The translations under genes were made by a program, and so were the position numbers. The notes under the pieces are model-generated. The model did no database searches. It saw nothing but the letters and a program-made list of their open reading frames with translations, and had not been told where the DNA came from. Of a stretch of 64,000 nt of DNA, positions 40,821 through 51,037 are shown piece after piece. Source of the stretch: an uncultured Trueperaceae bacterium (GTDB lineage: Bacteria > Deinococcota > Deinococci > Deinococcales > Trueperaceae); assembly GCA_963799485.1 (NCBI GenBank), contig CAWCXJ010000001.1:192001-256000 (forward strand). Direction: 5' to 3'. Positions within the stretch are counted from its first letter, which is position 1. Every line of letters starts with the position of its first letter.

Positions 40821-42311
40821 ATGAAACTCCTCCTCGGAATCGACGTTGGTACCTATTCGTCCAAAGGCGTCCTCGCTACCTCAGCGGGCGAGGTCGTAAA
40901 GCAACACGTCGTCCCGCACAAGCCGGATATCCCGCATCCCGGTTGGGCCGAGCAAGACGCCGACGGGGTGTGGTGGGCCGACGTTGTAGCGATCTGCAAG
41001 GTTCTATTGGACGGGTCGCCGTATTCCGGTGACGACGTAGCGGGCGTCGCGGTGAGCGCCATCGGGCCGTGTTTGTTGCCGCTAGACAAAGATGGTCGCC
41101 CACTCCGTAAAGGCATCTTGTACGGCGTCGATACCAGGGCGGGTGCAGAGATTGACGTCCTTAACGCGCAGCTCGGTGAAGCGGCGATTTTCGAGTTTTC
41201 CGGGATGGCCTTGACCTCGCAAGCTGTCGGCCCCAAAATCTTGTGGTTGCGGCGGCACGAACCCGAGGTGTGGGCGAAAACCGCGCACCTGACGACAGCG
41301 AGCAGCTACCTTGTCTACCGTTTGACGCACGAAAAAGTGATGGACAAACACACGGCGAGTCACTATATGCCGCTGATCGATATAGGGACGCTCGAGTGGT
41401 CGTCCCGTTTCGAGGGCGCCGTAGCCCCTCTGGAACTGCTGCCCCGGTTGGCTCCCAGCGACGAAGTGGCCGGTGCGGTGAGCGCCGAAGCCGCACGGCA
41501 AACCGGACTCAAAGCCGGGACGCTTGTTGCAGTCGGCGCAGTCGACGCCCTCAGCGAAGCGTTGAGCGTCGGCGTGACCCAACCCGGCGACCTGATGGTG
41601 ATGTACGGCAGCACCACCTTTTTTATCCTCGTTTTAGAAAAACCTGCGCCCGACCCCCGCACCTGGACGACGGCGGGCGCGTTCGCCGGACAGTACGCCC
41701 TTGCCGCCGGAATGTCCACGACAGGCTCTTTGACAAGGTGGTTGCGGGACAACTTCGCACAGGAATATCCCGAGTCCGAGGCTTACGGCAGACTTTTCGA
41801 GGGTGCAAAACATGTCGCGCCGGGGTCGGACGGGCTTTTGCTTTTGCCGTATTTCAGCGGTGAGCGCACGCCCATCAACGACCCGAAAGCCAAGGGCGTG
41901 ATCGCCGGGTTGACGCTCTCGCACACTCGAGCCCACCTTTTCCGGGCGACTTTGGAGGGCGTCGGGTTCGGTATCCGGCAAAACCTCGAGGCGTTCCGTG
42001 AACTCGGCGCACCTCTCAAACGAGTCGTCGCCGTCGGCGGCGGTACGCAAGGCGACACCTGGGTGCAGATCGTTTCGGACATCACCAAAACACCGCAAAT
42101 CGTCCCCCGACAAACCATCGGCGCAAGCTACGGCGACGCGTTCTTGGCAGGTCTGGCGACTGGGCTGGTCAAACGCGACGACCTCGAGACCTGGGTAGGG
42201 GCGACGCGCACCGTTGAGCCCAATACGGCGCACGCACCGCGTTACGACGAACTGTTCGAGCAGTACAAAGCCCTCTACGAGGCGACCAAAAGCGTCGTCC
42301 ACAAGTTGTAG
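40821..42311 (+). CDS. FGGY-family carbohydrate kinase
   Basis: GIDVGTYSSK, GWAEQD, PKILW, LPYFSGERTP, VGGG. Confidence 0.93.
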   Translation: MKLLLGIDVGTYSSKGVLATSAGEVVKQHVVPHKPDIPHPGWAEQDADGVWWADVVAICKVLLDGSPYSGDDVAGVAVSAIGPCLLPLDKDGRPLRKGILYGVDTRAGAEIDVLNAQLGEAAIFEFSGMALTSQAVGPKILWLRRHEPEVWAKTAHLTTASSYLVYRLTHEKVMDKHTASHYMPLIDIGTLEWSSRFEGAVAPLELLPRLAPSDEVAGAVSAEAARQTGLKAGTLVAVGAVDALSEALSVGVTQPGDLMVMYGSTTFFILVLEKPAPDPRTWTTAGAFAGQYALAAGMSTTGSLTRWLRDNFAQEYPESEAYGRLFEGAKHVAPGSDGLLLLPYFSGERTPINDPKAKGVIAGLTLSHTRAHLFRATLEGVGFGIRQNLEAFRELGAPLKRVVAVGGGTQGDTWVQIVSDITKTPQIVPRQTIGASYGDAFLAGLATGLVKRDDLETWVGATRTVEPNTAHAPRYDELFEQYKALYEATKSVVHKL

Positions 42312-42316
42312 GTTGA

Positions 42317-42535
42317 TCAGGCTTGATGCTCGAGCTCTTCAACCTCTTCTAGCAGCTCATCGGCGGTGTGGCGCAGTTCGTCGGCTTTTTCACTGAGCCC
42401 GTCGGCCTGTCCGTCGGGTAGGTCGTGAGCCGCCTGTTGCAAGGCCTCGGCTTGTTTACGAATCACGTCGATGAGTTTATGGATACGTTCAATTTCGCGG
42501 GTGTGTTCCTCCGGGGTAGCGCGTTCGGCAGACAT
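42317..42535 (-). CDS. Small helical hypothetical protein
   Basis: 72-aa charged coiled-coil-like ORF with host-like codons. Confidence 0.6.
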   Translation of the reverse strand: MSAERATPEEHTREIERIHKLIDVIRKQAEALQQAAHDLPDGQADGLSEKADELRHTADELLEEVEELEHQA

Positions 42536-42600
42536 GCCCTTAAGTTTTCACCCTTTTGAACTTGCAAACTAAGACGCACATCACGTTTTTGGAGACAAAC

Positions 42601-43383
42601 TCATTCGTGGCCTTCCCGATGACTTTTTTCTACCTGCTCGGGACAACGTTCTGAAGGCGACACCGTTCCAACCCCGGAAATGTCTGTGAAAACCTCCGGT
42701 TCGCCCCGGTAACGCACATCGCTCGCACCGGATACGGACGCGTCTAAGGTGTCGGTTGCCTGAACAAAGGCGTCACCCGCGCCCGAAACATCAACCCCGG
42801 TGTTTTCGCTCAGAAGTGCACACGCCTCATAGCTGCCTGTGCCCGAGACCGTAACCTTTTGCTCGGTCACGGCTCCTGAAAGCTGCATGTCTCCTGCGCC
42901 GGACAGGTCTGCCTCGAGCTCGTCTGCCTGCACGTCTTCGGCGTAAAGACTTCCCGCACCGCTCGACGAGAGCGTCACGTCGTCCCCGGCGACCTTCTCC
43001 GCTCGGACGTCGCCCGCGCCGGAAACCGTTAGCCGCTCCAGATTCGGCGTGACGACGCGGTAACCGACGCTGCTCCGTCTCGGCAACCGCAGGGTGCGTT
43101 TGACGCTGACTTTCAGGGTGTCGTCCTCAACTTCGGTCTCCAAAACGTTGAGCATATTCTCCGGCGCACGTATCTCGAGGCTCGGTTTGTCGCCTAAAGA
43201 GACCGTCATGTCACCGACTCCCGACAAGCTGACGCCGCTAAACGACCCGACCTCCCGGGTTTCAGAAACCACGTCGCCGGACTCCGTAATCATGCGCCCT
43301 TAGCCGCCGCCTCGCCGCGAACTGATAAAGCTCACGACGAGCGCCGCCCCCAAAGCGATGCCGAAAACCGTTGACCCCCGCAT
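42601..43383 (-). pseudogene. GIN-domain (DUF2807-like) protein with an in-frame TAA after the signal segment
   Basis: GGAGG-ATG at 43383 gives MRGSTVFGIALGAALVVSFISSRRGGG*GRMITESG. Stop at 43300-43302. SGAG repeats downstream. Confidence 0.75.
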
Positions 43384-43434
43384 CTGTACACCTCCAGGTT
43401 CTTTCAGCGTACACCGACCCGGCCCTCTAAAGGC

Positions 43435-43486
43435 TTGACAAGCCAGCTACCTAGTTTTACTATATAATCACCTAGCGACGCTATGT
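43435..43486 (+). promoter_or_regulatory. Promoter with two PadR-type imperfect palindromes
   Basis: TTGACA-17nt-TACTAT. ACCTAG-n5-CTATAT (43449-43465) and ACCTAG-n5-CTATGT (43470-43486). Confidence 0.7.
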
Positions 43487-43514
43487 AAAGCTCTAGAACT
43501 ATCCGGAGGTGCGT

Positions 43515-43841
43515 ATGAGTAAAGGCTTGCTGAGAGACAACTTCGACCTCATCTTGCTCGCGATTTTGGAGGACGGCCCCAAGTACGGCCTAGAGATTAT
43601 CGCCGAGGCGCGGGGCCGTACGGACGGTTACTTCGACTTTAAGGAAGGGAGCCTCTACCCGGCTTTGCACCGGCTCGAGAAAGCCCGCCTTGTCGAGGCC
43701 GAGTTTGCGCCCTCAGACACGGGTGGGCCGCGCCGCCGCTACTACCGCCTGACGGACGCGGGTAAGGGGCAACTCGCCGTAAAACGTGAAGCCTGGGAGC
43801 GCTTTAACGGCGCAGTCGGGGCGCTCTGGGAGGCGAAATGA
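43515..43841 (+). CDS. PadR-family regulator
   Basis: YGLEI, EGSLYPALHRLE, RRYYRLT. Confidence 0.95.
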   Translation: MSKGLLRDNFDLILLAILEDGPKYGLEIIAEARGRTDGYFDFKEGSLYPALHRLEKARLVEAEFAPSDTGGPRRRYYRLTDAGKGQLAVKREAWERFNGAVGALWEAK

Positions 43842-45058
43842 AACCCGAACCGGTAGAAACGTGTGTTGAAACCTACCTACGGCGGGCGACGCGGGGGCTT
43901 TGGGGCAAGAAGCGGCTCGAGGTCAGGGAAGAGTTGGCGGCGCACCTTGAGGAGCGGGTGATGGCCTACCGCATCGGCGGGTTAGGGGAGACGGACGCCG
44001 TAAAAAAAGCGCTGGCTGAGCTTGGTAAACCGCAGGAGGTGAGTTTCGGGATGGCACGGCTTTATACCTTTCCAACTTTGTTAGGTTCGGGCGCAGTGTT
44101 AGCGGCAGCATTTGTGCTAGTGGTGGCGCTTTTACCGAAAGGTGCTGCACAGTCGCCGGTTATAGGTTCGTTTTTCTGGCCTTCACCGAAATGTACGGCA
44201 GCTCTCAGAACTGATTCGGTGCTCGCGGCTTTCAACTCATGCCAGAGGTTGGACAACAATCTTTGGCTCGACACAAAAGCGTTGACAAAAACGTTAGAAG
44301 CGCAGGGCGTAACGGTTCGCCAAGAAGATAAAATGCTGACGCTTACGTTTCCCAGCCTGCCTCCAGTTGAAGTTCCTTTGGATTCTTCGTCACTGCTCGT
44401 TAATGATTCGGGTGAGGTAGTATGGTTACTCGATTCAGGTGACATAATTAAAGGTACTGAAATCTCCGCTGTTCCCAGTGCTCTTTCACTTTGGGATTTG
44501 TTGGAAGCCGTAGGTAAGCAGTCTAAACTACCAATCCGTCTTGAAGGGGATAAGAATCCTACCGTACATCTTGGTGAGGTTTCCTTTCAGGTCGGAACTA
44601 AACTGAGGTCGGTGAACAGTGATGACTTCTACGATAACTATCTCGAGAACGTTTTCTTCAGAGATTTGGTTGATCCAATCGAGATGAAGCAAGGTTTTTT
44701 TGCTATAAATTCGCGTGTTGATACGGACACGCCATTAGAAGAGGCAGAACTCGGCCTGAAGGCAGCAGAATCCGGTGTTTACGGTATCATCACAATCCTT
44801 GCACCTGATACGCTGGATAGATATTTGTCGCGTATCATAGACCCGTTCGCTGCGGACTTCTATGCCTCATTTGAAGTCGTTCGGGTAGAAGATGGCAACA
44901 TGTTTTCTGCTAAACTTCCCGAAAAACCGGTTCGTTTCGTCAAGGCATTTAGCGCAGATAAGAATATTGGTTCTGCGGTCATAGTTCGGCTCGCCGGCAG
45001 TTCTGAAACAGGCGGTTGGTATGAGGTCGTTTCACCCGACCGCATCACCGTTCAGTAG
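43838..45058 (+). CDS. HAAS / permease-prefix-domain membrane protein
   Basis: ETYLRRATRGLWG...REELAAHLEE...ALAELGKP, one TM and a large extracytoplasmic domain. Confidence 0.8.
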   Translation: MKPEPVETCVETYLRRATRGLWGKKRLEVREELAAHLEERVMAYRIGGLGETDAVKKALAELGKPQEVSFGMARLYTFPTLLGSGAVLAAAFVLVVALLPKGAAQSPVIGSFFWPSPKCTAALRTDSVLAAFNSCQRLDNNLWLDTKALTKTLEAQGVTVRQEDKMLTLTFPSLPPVEVPLDSSSLLVNDSGEVVWLLDSGDIIKGTEISAVPSALSLWDLLEAVGKQSKLPIRLEGDKNPTVHLGEVSFQVGTKLRSVNSDDFYDNYLENVFFRDLVDPIEMKQGFFAINSRVDTDTPLEEAELGLKAAESGVYGIITILAPDTLDRYLSRIIDPFAADFYASFEVVRVEDGNMFSAKLPEKPVRFVKAFSADKNIGSAVIVRLAGSSETGGWYEVVSPDRITVQ

Positions 45059-45130
45059 TCACGCCCTAACTTCACCCTGCCTTACAGTTTTACCCCCACC
45101 TCCTGCCCACAATAACCGCAGGAGGAAAAT

Positions 45131-45253
45131 ATGACCCAGGCCCTGTTTGGTTTGCCCGTGCAGGCTCGAGACGACGATGAAGCCGAACCGTTAGAAGACG
45201 ACCAGTACCCCGACGATGACGACTACGAAGAGATACCGGCGGACGAACAGTGA
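45131..45253 (+). CDS. Acidic microprotein (40 aa)
   Basis: AGGAGG SD, then MTQALFGLPVQARDDDEAEPLEDDQYPDDDDYEEIPADEQ. Confidence 0.6.
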   Translation: MTQALFGLPVQARDDDEAEPLEDDQYPDDDDYEEIPADEQ

Positions 45254-45393
45254 CCGATACACCGAACCCACCGCCCGACGATGAGCTGCTACCAGGTGAC
45301 GACTTCGGCGCACAAAAAGAGCAGGTAGATCAGTGGCTGGAAGAAGAAAAAGAAGAGCGTGAGGAAAGGGAAAAGCGGCAGAGCGACCCCTGA
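45250..45393 (+). CDS. Acidic/charged microprotein (47 aa), GTGA-coupled
   Basis: MTDTPNPPPDDELLPGDDFGAQKEQVDQWLEEEKEEREEREKRQSDP. Confidence 0.5.
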   Translation: MTDTPNPPPDDELLPGDDFGAQKEQVDQWLEEEKEEREEREKRQSDP

Positions 45394-45420
45394 ACCCCCG
45401 CACCAGTAGACACCTGTACG

Positions 45421-45460
45421 AAAATGTGCCCAACGCTATTTTAGCTGTCGGGCACGTTTT
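45421..45460. terminator. Bidirectional stem-loop
   Basis: AAAATGTGCCC...GGGCACGTTTT between convergent genes. Confidence 0.65.
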
Positions 45461-45462
45461 TA

Positions 45463-45500
45463 TCATTGCTCATTGCTCATTGCTCATTGCTCATTGCTCA
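45463..45500 (+). repeat. Heptamer tandem repeat (TCATTGC)x5
   Basis: Five perfect units plus TCA. The final TCA is the epimerase stop codon on the minus strand. Confidence 0.92.
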
Positions 45501-46346
45501 GGCCAAACCGTGCTTTTTCGCCCCTTCTTTCAAAAAGGCCAAACCTTGCGTCGCTAAAACCTCCGGCGGCTGGTTCGTCGGACGCCACAAACAGGTTGCG
45601 GCGGCAATCGTCGGGTTGATGGCGGCGAACGATTCCAAAACTAGATTCCCGGAAAAGTTCGCGTCTTTAAGACCGCGAAAGGCCTCGTCCCAGTTTACGG
45701 TGCCGGTGCCGACGAGCCCACGGTGGCTTTCGCTCATGTGGACGTGGCCCAAAACGTCCTGCGTTTCGACAAAAGGCGTGTAGAACCCCTCTTCTTCGAT
45801 ATTCATGTGATAGGTGTCGGCGTGAAGCTGCATATTGTCGGTGCCGATGGCGAGCACCGCCTCACGGGTGTCGTGCAGCGAGTTGTAGAGATGCGTTTCG
45901 TAGCGGTTACACGCCTCGAGCGCCAACGTAATACCGCGCGTTTTGGCGTCTTCGGCAACTTCGCGCAAACCGTCCACGATAATCCGGCGCTCCTCCGCCG
46001 TCGGCGGTTTGCCGGTCAAAGCCCCCAGCGAGTAGCCGAGGCAGCCTGCCAGATAGGTGCTGCCGAGTTCTTCCATGTGCCCCAACACGCGGCGTAAAAA
46101 GCGTTTGGCTCCTTCGGGGTTGTCGGGCATGTGAAACTCGCGGGGCAGCGCGAGCGAGATAGTAGCCTCGAGTCCCGTTTCATCTAAAACCCTTTTGTGA
46201 CTTTTGGCGTCGAAGTTTTCAGGGTCTAAAAGCGGAATTTCCAACAGGTCGAAACCCGTTTCCGCCGCCTTGCGAATGGTGTCGTTGCCCGCGTCGGTGC
46301 TCCAGTCGCCAAGCCAGACAAAGCCGTGTGCGCCGTATTTGACCAT
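45498..46346 (-). CDS. Sugar epimerase/isomerase (D-psicose/D-tagatose 3-epimerase family)
   Basis: LEACNRYE, DTYHMNIEE, HVHMSESHRG, LESF. Confidence 0.88.
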   Translation of the reverse strand: MVKYGAHGFVWLGDWSTDAGNDTIRKAAETGFDLLEIPLLDPENFDAKSHKRVLDETGLEATISLALPREFHMPDNPEGAKRFLRRVLGHMEELGSTYLAGCLGYSLGALTGKPPTAEERRIIVDGLREVAEDAKTRGITLALEACNRYETHLYNSLHDTREAVLAIGTDNMQLHADTYHMNIEEEGFYTPFVETQDVLGHVHMSESHRGLVGTGTVNWDEAFRGLKDANFSGNLVLESFAAINPTIAAATCLWRPTNQPPEVLATQGLAFLKEGAKKHGLA

Positions 46347-46491
46347 GATTTTCCCCTTTCACGTTACTTCGCTCTAATCTATACCAAACCGGGTGATGCG
46401 GGCTCGAGGTGGGGGTGGTAAGGTCGTCTGCAGGGGTGCTCGAGCGCTTGGTTTACGCTGAGCTGCCGAGGCTGGGGAGTGACGCTACCGT

Positions 46492-47685
46492 ATGACGTTT
46501 CGAAAGTTTGCACTGCGTACCTTGTTTGTGCTGGTTATCCTCGTGCTTTTGCTGACGTTGTGGCGTTTTCGCACGACTTTTATGCTGGGATTTCTGGCTA
46601 TCGTGCTGGCGGTTTTGGTCAGCATCCCGGTAAGCTACCTGGAGCGCTTTATGCCGAGGGCGCTGGCGGTTATCTTGTCGGTGCTCGCTACCGTGGTCAT
46701 CGCACTCGGCTTGGGGATTTGGCTCGTCCCGGTAATCGGGGCCGACCTTTATGAGATCGCCCTGCGTCTCCCGGCCTTTACGACCCAGTTAAGCCAGGCT
46801 TACACCGAGCTGAGTAATCAGGAGACGCTGTTGGGGCGCTTGTTGCCACCGCTCACGGGTAATCTGAACAGCGCTTCGCTGACGCCCCTGCGTCTCCAGC
46901 AACTTCTCAGCGACGCGCTGAGTGCCGGATTACCCGTACTGATCAGCGGCGGTAACTTCGTTTTTACACTTCTAGCCAACCTGTTTTTGGTCGTGATGCT
47001 GGCGATTTTTTTTATCGCTGAGCCCAAAGCGTATGTGCGGGCCACTCTTTACCTGGTTCCGGCGCACCGGCAACTCGAGCTGCTGGGGCTCTGGAGCGTC
47101 CTTTACCACACGCTCAGGACGTGGCTTTCGACGCTCCTGATTTCGATCTCGATTACCGTTACGCTGGTTGCGCTGATTTTGGGCGCGCTGGGGATGCCCA
47201 ACGTGATGGTCGTCGCGGTTTTTGCCGGACTCGCCACCTTTATCCCGAACATCGGTGCGATTTTGCCGGTTATTCCTATCGTGGTGTTTTTGCTCATCTC
47301 AAATCCCAGTCAGATTCCGCTGATGGTCGGGGCGTATTTAGGGATTCAGCTGCTCGAGAGCAACGTCTTGACCCCCTCGGTCGTCCGGCGTCAGCTCAGT
47401 ATTCCGCCCGCCGCCACACTCCTCACCCAGATTTTAGCCGGGTATATCTTCGGTGTGGTGGGTGTGCTGCTCGCCGTGCCGCTACTCGCCGTAATGATCG
47501 CTCTGGTGCGTGAACTGTACAGCTACGGGTTGCTGGGGCTGCGCGGGAGCACGGTATCAGCCAAGCTTCCTGCCCCGACCCCGCACGCCCGCGATACCCG
47601 TTTGCTCCAGCGGATGCGGGCACTTCAGGAACGCCGCAAACGCCGCCACGTCCGGGTCATTCCTGAAGAGAATGAACCCGATTAA
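46492..47685 (+). CDS. AI-2E family transporter
   Basis: Multi-[26 protein letters not shown]. Confidence 0.9.
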   Translation: MTFRKFALRTLFVLVILVLLLTLWRFRTTFMLGFLAIVLAVLVSIPVSYLERFMPRALAVILSVLATVVIALGLGIWLVPVIGADLYEIALRLPAFTTQLSQAYTELSNQETLLGRLLPPLTGNLNSASLTPLRLQQLLSDALSAGLPVLISGGNFVFTLLANLFLVVMLAIFFIAEPKAYVRATLYLVPAHRQLELLGLWSVLYHTLRTWLSTLLISISITVTLVALILGALGMPNVMVVAVFAGLATFIPNIGAILPVIPIVVFLLISNPSQIPLMVGAYLGIQLLESNVLTPSVVRRQLSIPPAATLLTQILAGYIFGVVGVLLAVPLLAVMIALVRELYSYGLLGLRGSTVSAKLPAPTPHARDTRLLQRMRALQERRKRRHVRVIPEENEPD

Positions 47686-47749
47686 TGCGCCCGGGCGGGG
47701 CAACTGCAAACTCGAGCAGTGCGACCGGAAGATGATAAGCTGGGATTAC

Positions 47750-48697
47750 ATGAGTGAACAGGGACCACACACGGCGTTTGCCGAGCGTTTTAAGGCGCTC
47801 TCCGGGGCCGTCGAAGGTGCAATTCTGGGACAGCGCGCGGTCGTCGAAGACCTGCTGGTCGTCGTTTTAGCGGGGGGGCACGCGCTTCTGGAGGGTGCGC
47901 CCGGTCTCGGCAAAACCCGTCTGGTGCGCGCGCTCGCGGACGCTACCGACCTTACCTTCGGGCGCGTACAGTTCACCCCCGACCTGATGCCCGCCGACGT
48001 TACCGGGACGACGCTTTTGTCCGAAGAACACGGGCGCGCCCACTTTACCTTTCAACCGGGGCCGGTCTTTCATCAGGTTTTGTTAGCCGACGAGATCAAC
48101 CGGGCGACGCCGAAAACGCAGTCGGCGCTCTTAGAGGCGATGCAAGAACGCGCCGTCACGGTTTCCGGTGAAGAGCATCCGTTACCGAAACCGTTTACGG
48201 TGCTGGCGACGCAGAACCCGCTCGAGATGGAAGGCACCTACCCGCTTCCCGAAGCGCAGCTCGACCGGTTTTTGTTCAAGATTCTGGTTCCGCGCCCCGA
48301 CGCCGCCACGCTCACCCGGATTCTCTCCGCGACGACCGGCTCGCACGAAGCAGAAGTCGCACAGGTTATCAGCCACAGCGAGCTTTCCGAACTCCAAACG
48401 ACGCTCCGGGCGGTGCCGGTAGCAAGCCGCGCTTTAGAGTACGTCGTCGGCTTTGTCGAGGCGAGTCACGCACACCCGCTGGTGCGGCTCGGCTCTTCGC
48501 CGCGCGGCGCACAGGCGATGGTCTTGGCGGCAAAAGGTTACGCGCTTGCGGCAGCGCGCCCGAACGTCGAACTCAGCGACCTCAAGCGGGCAGCCCCGGC
48601 AGCGCTCCGGCACCGGCTGCTCTTAAACTTCGAGGCGGAGGTTTCCGGGACGACGCCCGACGAAGTTATCGCCGAGTTGCTCAAGACCGTCAAATAG
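47750..48697 (+). CDS. MoxR-family AAA+ ATPase
   Basis: [45 protein letters not shown]. Confidence 0.96.
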   Translation: MSEQGPHTAFAERFKALSGAVEGAILGQRAVVEDLLVVVLAGGHALLEGAPGLGKTRLVRALADATDLTFGRVQFTPDLMPADVTGTTLLSEEHGRAHFTFQPGPVFHQVLLADEINRATPKTQSALLEAMQERAVTVSGEEHPLPKPFTVLATQNPLEMEGTYPLPEAQLDRFLFKILVPRPDAATLTRILSATTGSHEAEVAQVISHSELSELQTTLRAVPVASRALEYVVGFVEASHAHPLVRLGSSPRGAQAMVLAAKGYALAAARPNVELSDLKRAAPAALRHRLLLNFEAEVSGTTPDEVIAELLKTVK

Positions 48698-48705
48698 CCC
48701 CGCCT

Positions 48706-49578
48706 GTGACTCAAACCTCGCTAACCCTGAGTGCCCCCACAAGGGCACTGCTGTCGCGCTACGTGCCCGCGCCCCGCGTCCTGAACGCGATGTCCGGCGA
48801 GCGGCTGGTGCGCGAGGCGGGGAGCAGCTTGGAGTTCTTCGACGTGCGCCCCTACGGTGCCGGGGATGAGCTGCGTTACGTCGACTGGAAAGCCTACGCC
48901 CGCACCGGCAAGCTCTTCACCCGGCTTTTTCAGGCCGAGCGTACCTCGGCGCTGCAGGTCTTGCTCGACACCTCGCCGAGTATGAACGTGGGCGGCAAGT
49001 TCGCAGCGGCGCAGCGGCTCGCGGCGATGCTGGTGACGACCTCACTCGGCATGCGGACGCAAGTCGGGCGCTTCGGCGGCGCGCTGAGTCCGCGCGGCGG
49101 CGCACGCACGCAGCTCCCCGAGCTGTGGCGTTTTATCGGTGAGACGCCTGAGCCTGCCCCTGAAGCGCCCGTGGCGGCGCTCTCGGCGTTTGCGGCAAGC
49201 ACGTCCTACGCCGCCGGGATGGTCGTCGTGTTGTCCGACCTCTTTGATGAGGCGTCGTTGCAACCTGCTTTAATCGCACTTAGGGCGCGGCGGCTCGACG
49301 TGTGTTTCGTGCAAATCATGAGCGCGGCTGACCTGAGGCCCGAGGGTAGCCGCCTCGAGGTTCGTGACAGCGAAACGGGGGAGACGCTCGAGGTCGGCCC
49401 CGACGAGGTGCGGCTTTATAAGGAGGCAGTGCACCGTTTCCTTGGACAGACACGCGCGGCGGTCTTGCAGGCCGGGTTTCGCTACTGCCTGGTGCGGGTC
49501 GAGGAAGAGCCCCTCGAGGCGCAAGAAGCTGATTTTCTGGCGGCGCTCTACCGGGCGGGTATCTTGGTCAGAAAATAG
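48706..49578 (+). CDS. DUF58 (VWA) protein
   Basis: EFFDVRPYGAGDELRYVDWK, LDTSPSM, LSDL. Confidence 0.92.
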   Translation: MTQTSLTLSAPTRALLSRYVPAPRVLNAMSGERLVREAGSSLEFFDVRPYGAGDELRYVDWKAYARTGKLFTRLFQAERTSALQVLLDTSPSMNVGGKFAAAQRLAAMLVTTSLGMRTQVGRFGGALSPRGGARTQLPELWRFIGETPEPAPEAPVAALSAFAASTSYAAGMVVVLSDLFDEASLQPALIALRARRLDVCFVQIMSAADLRPEGSRLEVRDSETGETLEVGPDEVRLYKEAVHRFLGQTRAAVLQAGFRYCLVRVEEEPLEAQEADFLAALYRAGILVRK

Positions 49579-49744
49579 TGCGTCATGCGGCTTTTGCTTG
49601 AAAACTTTGTAACCTCTTACAGCTGGACTTATGTTTGCTTGTCTAAGTATTTGCAACCGGGCTTTTTGCTGTCCTAGCTACCCGTAGCGTTAGTTTGCAG
49701 CTGTTCTCAGTTGAAGAGGTTTGCTCGAGCCTCATCCGAGCGTC

Positions 49745-50908
49745 CTAAACGTCGTCAACCCGGACCCACCGCTCCTCGTCGGCAGAAGTCAGCGCCGCCG
49801 CGATGACCTGATTGACCTTCACCCCGTCCCTAAAGTCCGGCTGAATAGGCGTGTCGTTGGCGATACCGTAAAGCAGCTCGTAAATCTCGATGACCTTCAT
49901 GTCGCCAAACCCCAGACCGCACCCGGCGACAGGCCAAAAACTGCTGTAGTAAGGGTGTCGCGGGCCGGTATGGACGGTTCTAAACCCCTGTGTGCCTTCG
50001 GGGTCGTTCGAAAAATAGACGCTCAGCTCGTTCATCCGTTCGTGTTCGAACCGTAACGAGCCCTTGCTGCCGTTGATTTCATACGCCAGGTAGACCTTGC
50101 GGCCTTGGGCGACGCGGCTCGACTCGAGCGTCCCTGTCGCACCGTTTTTGAACTTGACGAGCATCTGTACGGCGTCGTCGTTTTCGACGCTGCGTTTAGG
50201 GGCGTCCGCGTCGGCTTTGCCGTCATACCCGTAAGCGCCCGTCGCAACGGGGCGTTCTTTGATAAACGTTTCGGTGAGTGCCGACACCTTATCGATGTCC
50301 CCGACGAGCGACAGGGCGACCGCGATGATATGCGCGCCCAAATCGCCCAGCGCACCCGAACCCGCAATCTCTCGTTCAAAACGCCACGAGAACGGCAGTC
50401 TGGGGTCAGCCAAAACGTCCTGATTGAAGTAACCCTTGAAGTGCCACACATTCCCGAGTTTGCCCGCTTCGATGAGCTGTTTGGCTGCCAAGGTCGCCGG
50501 ACTTTTAAGGTAGTTAAAGCCTACCATCGTCCGCACACCGGCCTTTTCAGCAGCGTCTAACATCGCCCGCGCGTCCCCCAGCGTCACCGCCAGGGGTTTT
50601 TCGCAGTAGATGTGTTTGCCTGCCTTAGCCGCCGCAACCGCAATGTCTTTATGAACGTGGTTGGGCGCGGTGATGTCGATGATGTCCACTTCCGGGTGGT
50701 TGACGACCGCCTCCCACCCCACCGCGTAGTCTTCGAAGCCGAAATCGTGCGCGGCCCGTTTTGCCAATTCCTCCGAAACGTCGCCGAGCAGCCGTAAACG
50801 GGGGTAGGCGGGGAGCGGACTGAAGACTTTAGGCACGAGGTTGTAGGCCATGCTGTGACCTTTGCCCATAAAGCCGCTGCCGATAAGACCGATGTTGAGG
50901 GTTTTCAC
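49745..50908 (-). CDS. Gfo/Idh/MocA oxidoreductase (levoglucosan/scyllo-inositol dehydrogenase-like clade)
   Basis: GSGFMGKGH, CEKPL, GSGALGDLGAH, GFRTVHTGPRHPY. Confidence 0.9.
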   Translation of the reverse strand: MKTLNIGLIGSGFMGKGHSMAYNLVPKVFSPLPAYPRLRLLGDVSEELAKRAAHDFGFEDYAVGWEAVVNHPEVDIIDITAPNHVHKDIAVAAAKAGKHIYCEKPLAVTLGDARAMLDAAEKAGVRTMVGFNYLKSPATLAAKQLIEAGKLGNVWHFKGYFNQDVLADPRLPFSWRFEREIAGSGALGDLGAHIIAVALSLVGDIDKVSALTETFIKERPVATGAYGYDGKADADAPKRSVENDDAVQMLVKFKNGATGTLESSRVAQGRKVYLAYEINGSKGSLRFEHERMNELSVYFSNDPEGTQGFRTVHTGPRHPYYSSFWPVAGCGLGFGDMKVIEIYELLYGIANDTPIQPDFRDGVKVNQVIAAALTSADEERWVRVDDV

Positions 50909-51037
50909 GTTATCTCCAAGATAGTTATAAATACAGTCATGAGTTCTGAGCAATGAGTAAAGAGCTTTGATTTCCGCTCATTGCTCGCTAGGTGAAGCAC
51001 ACCGTGCTTTGAGCTTTACGCCGACCTGTACGTTTAG

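Noticed and set aside
45251..45253. Selenocysteine or read-through TGA in the acidic ORF
   Set aside because: The acidic continuation is in the -1 frame, not in frame with the TGA.
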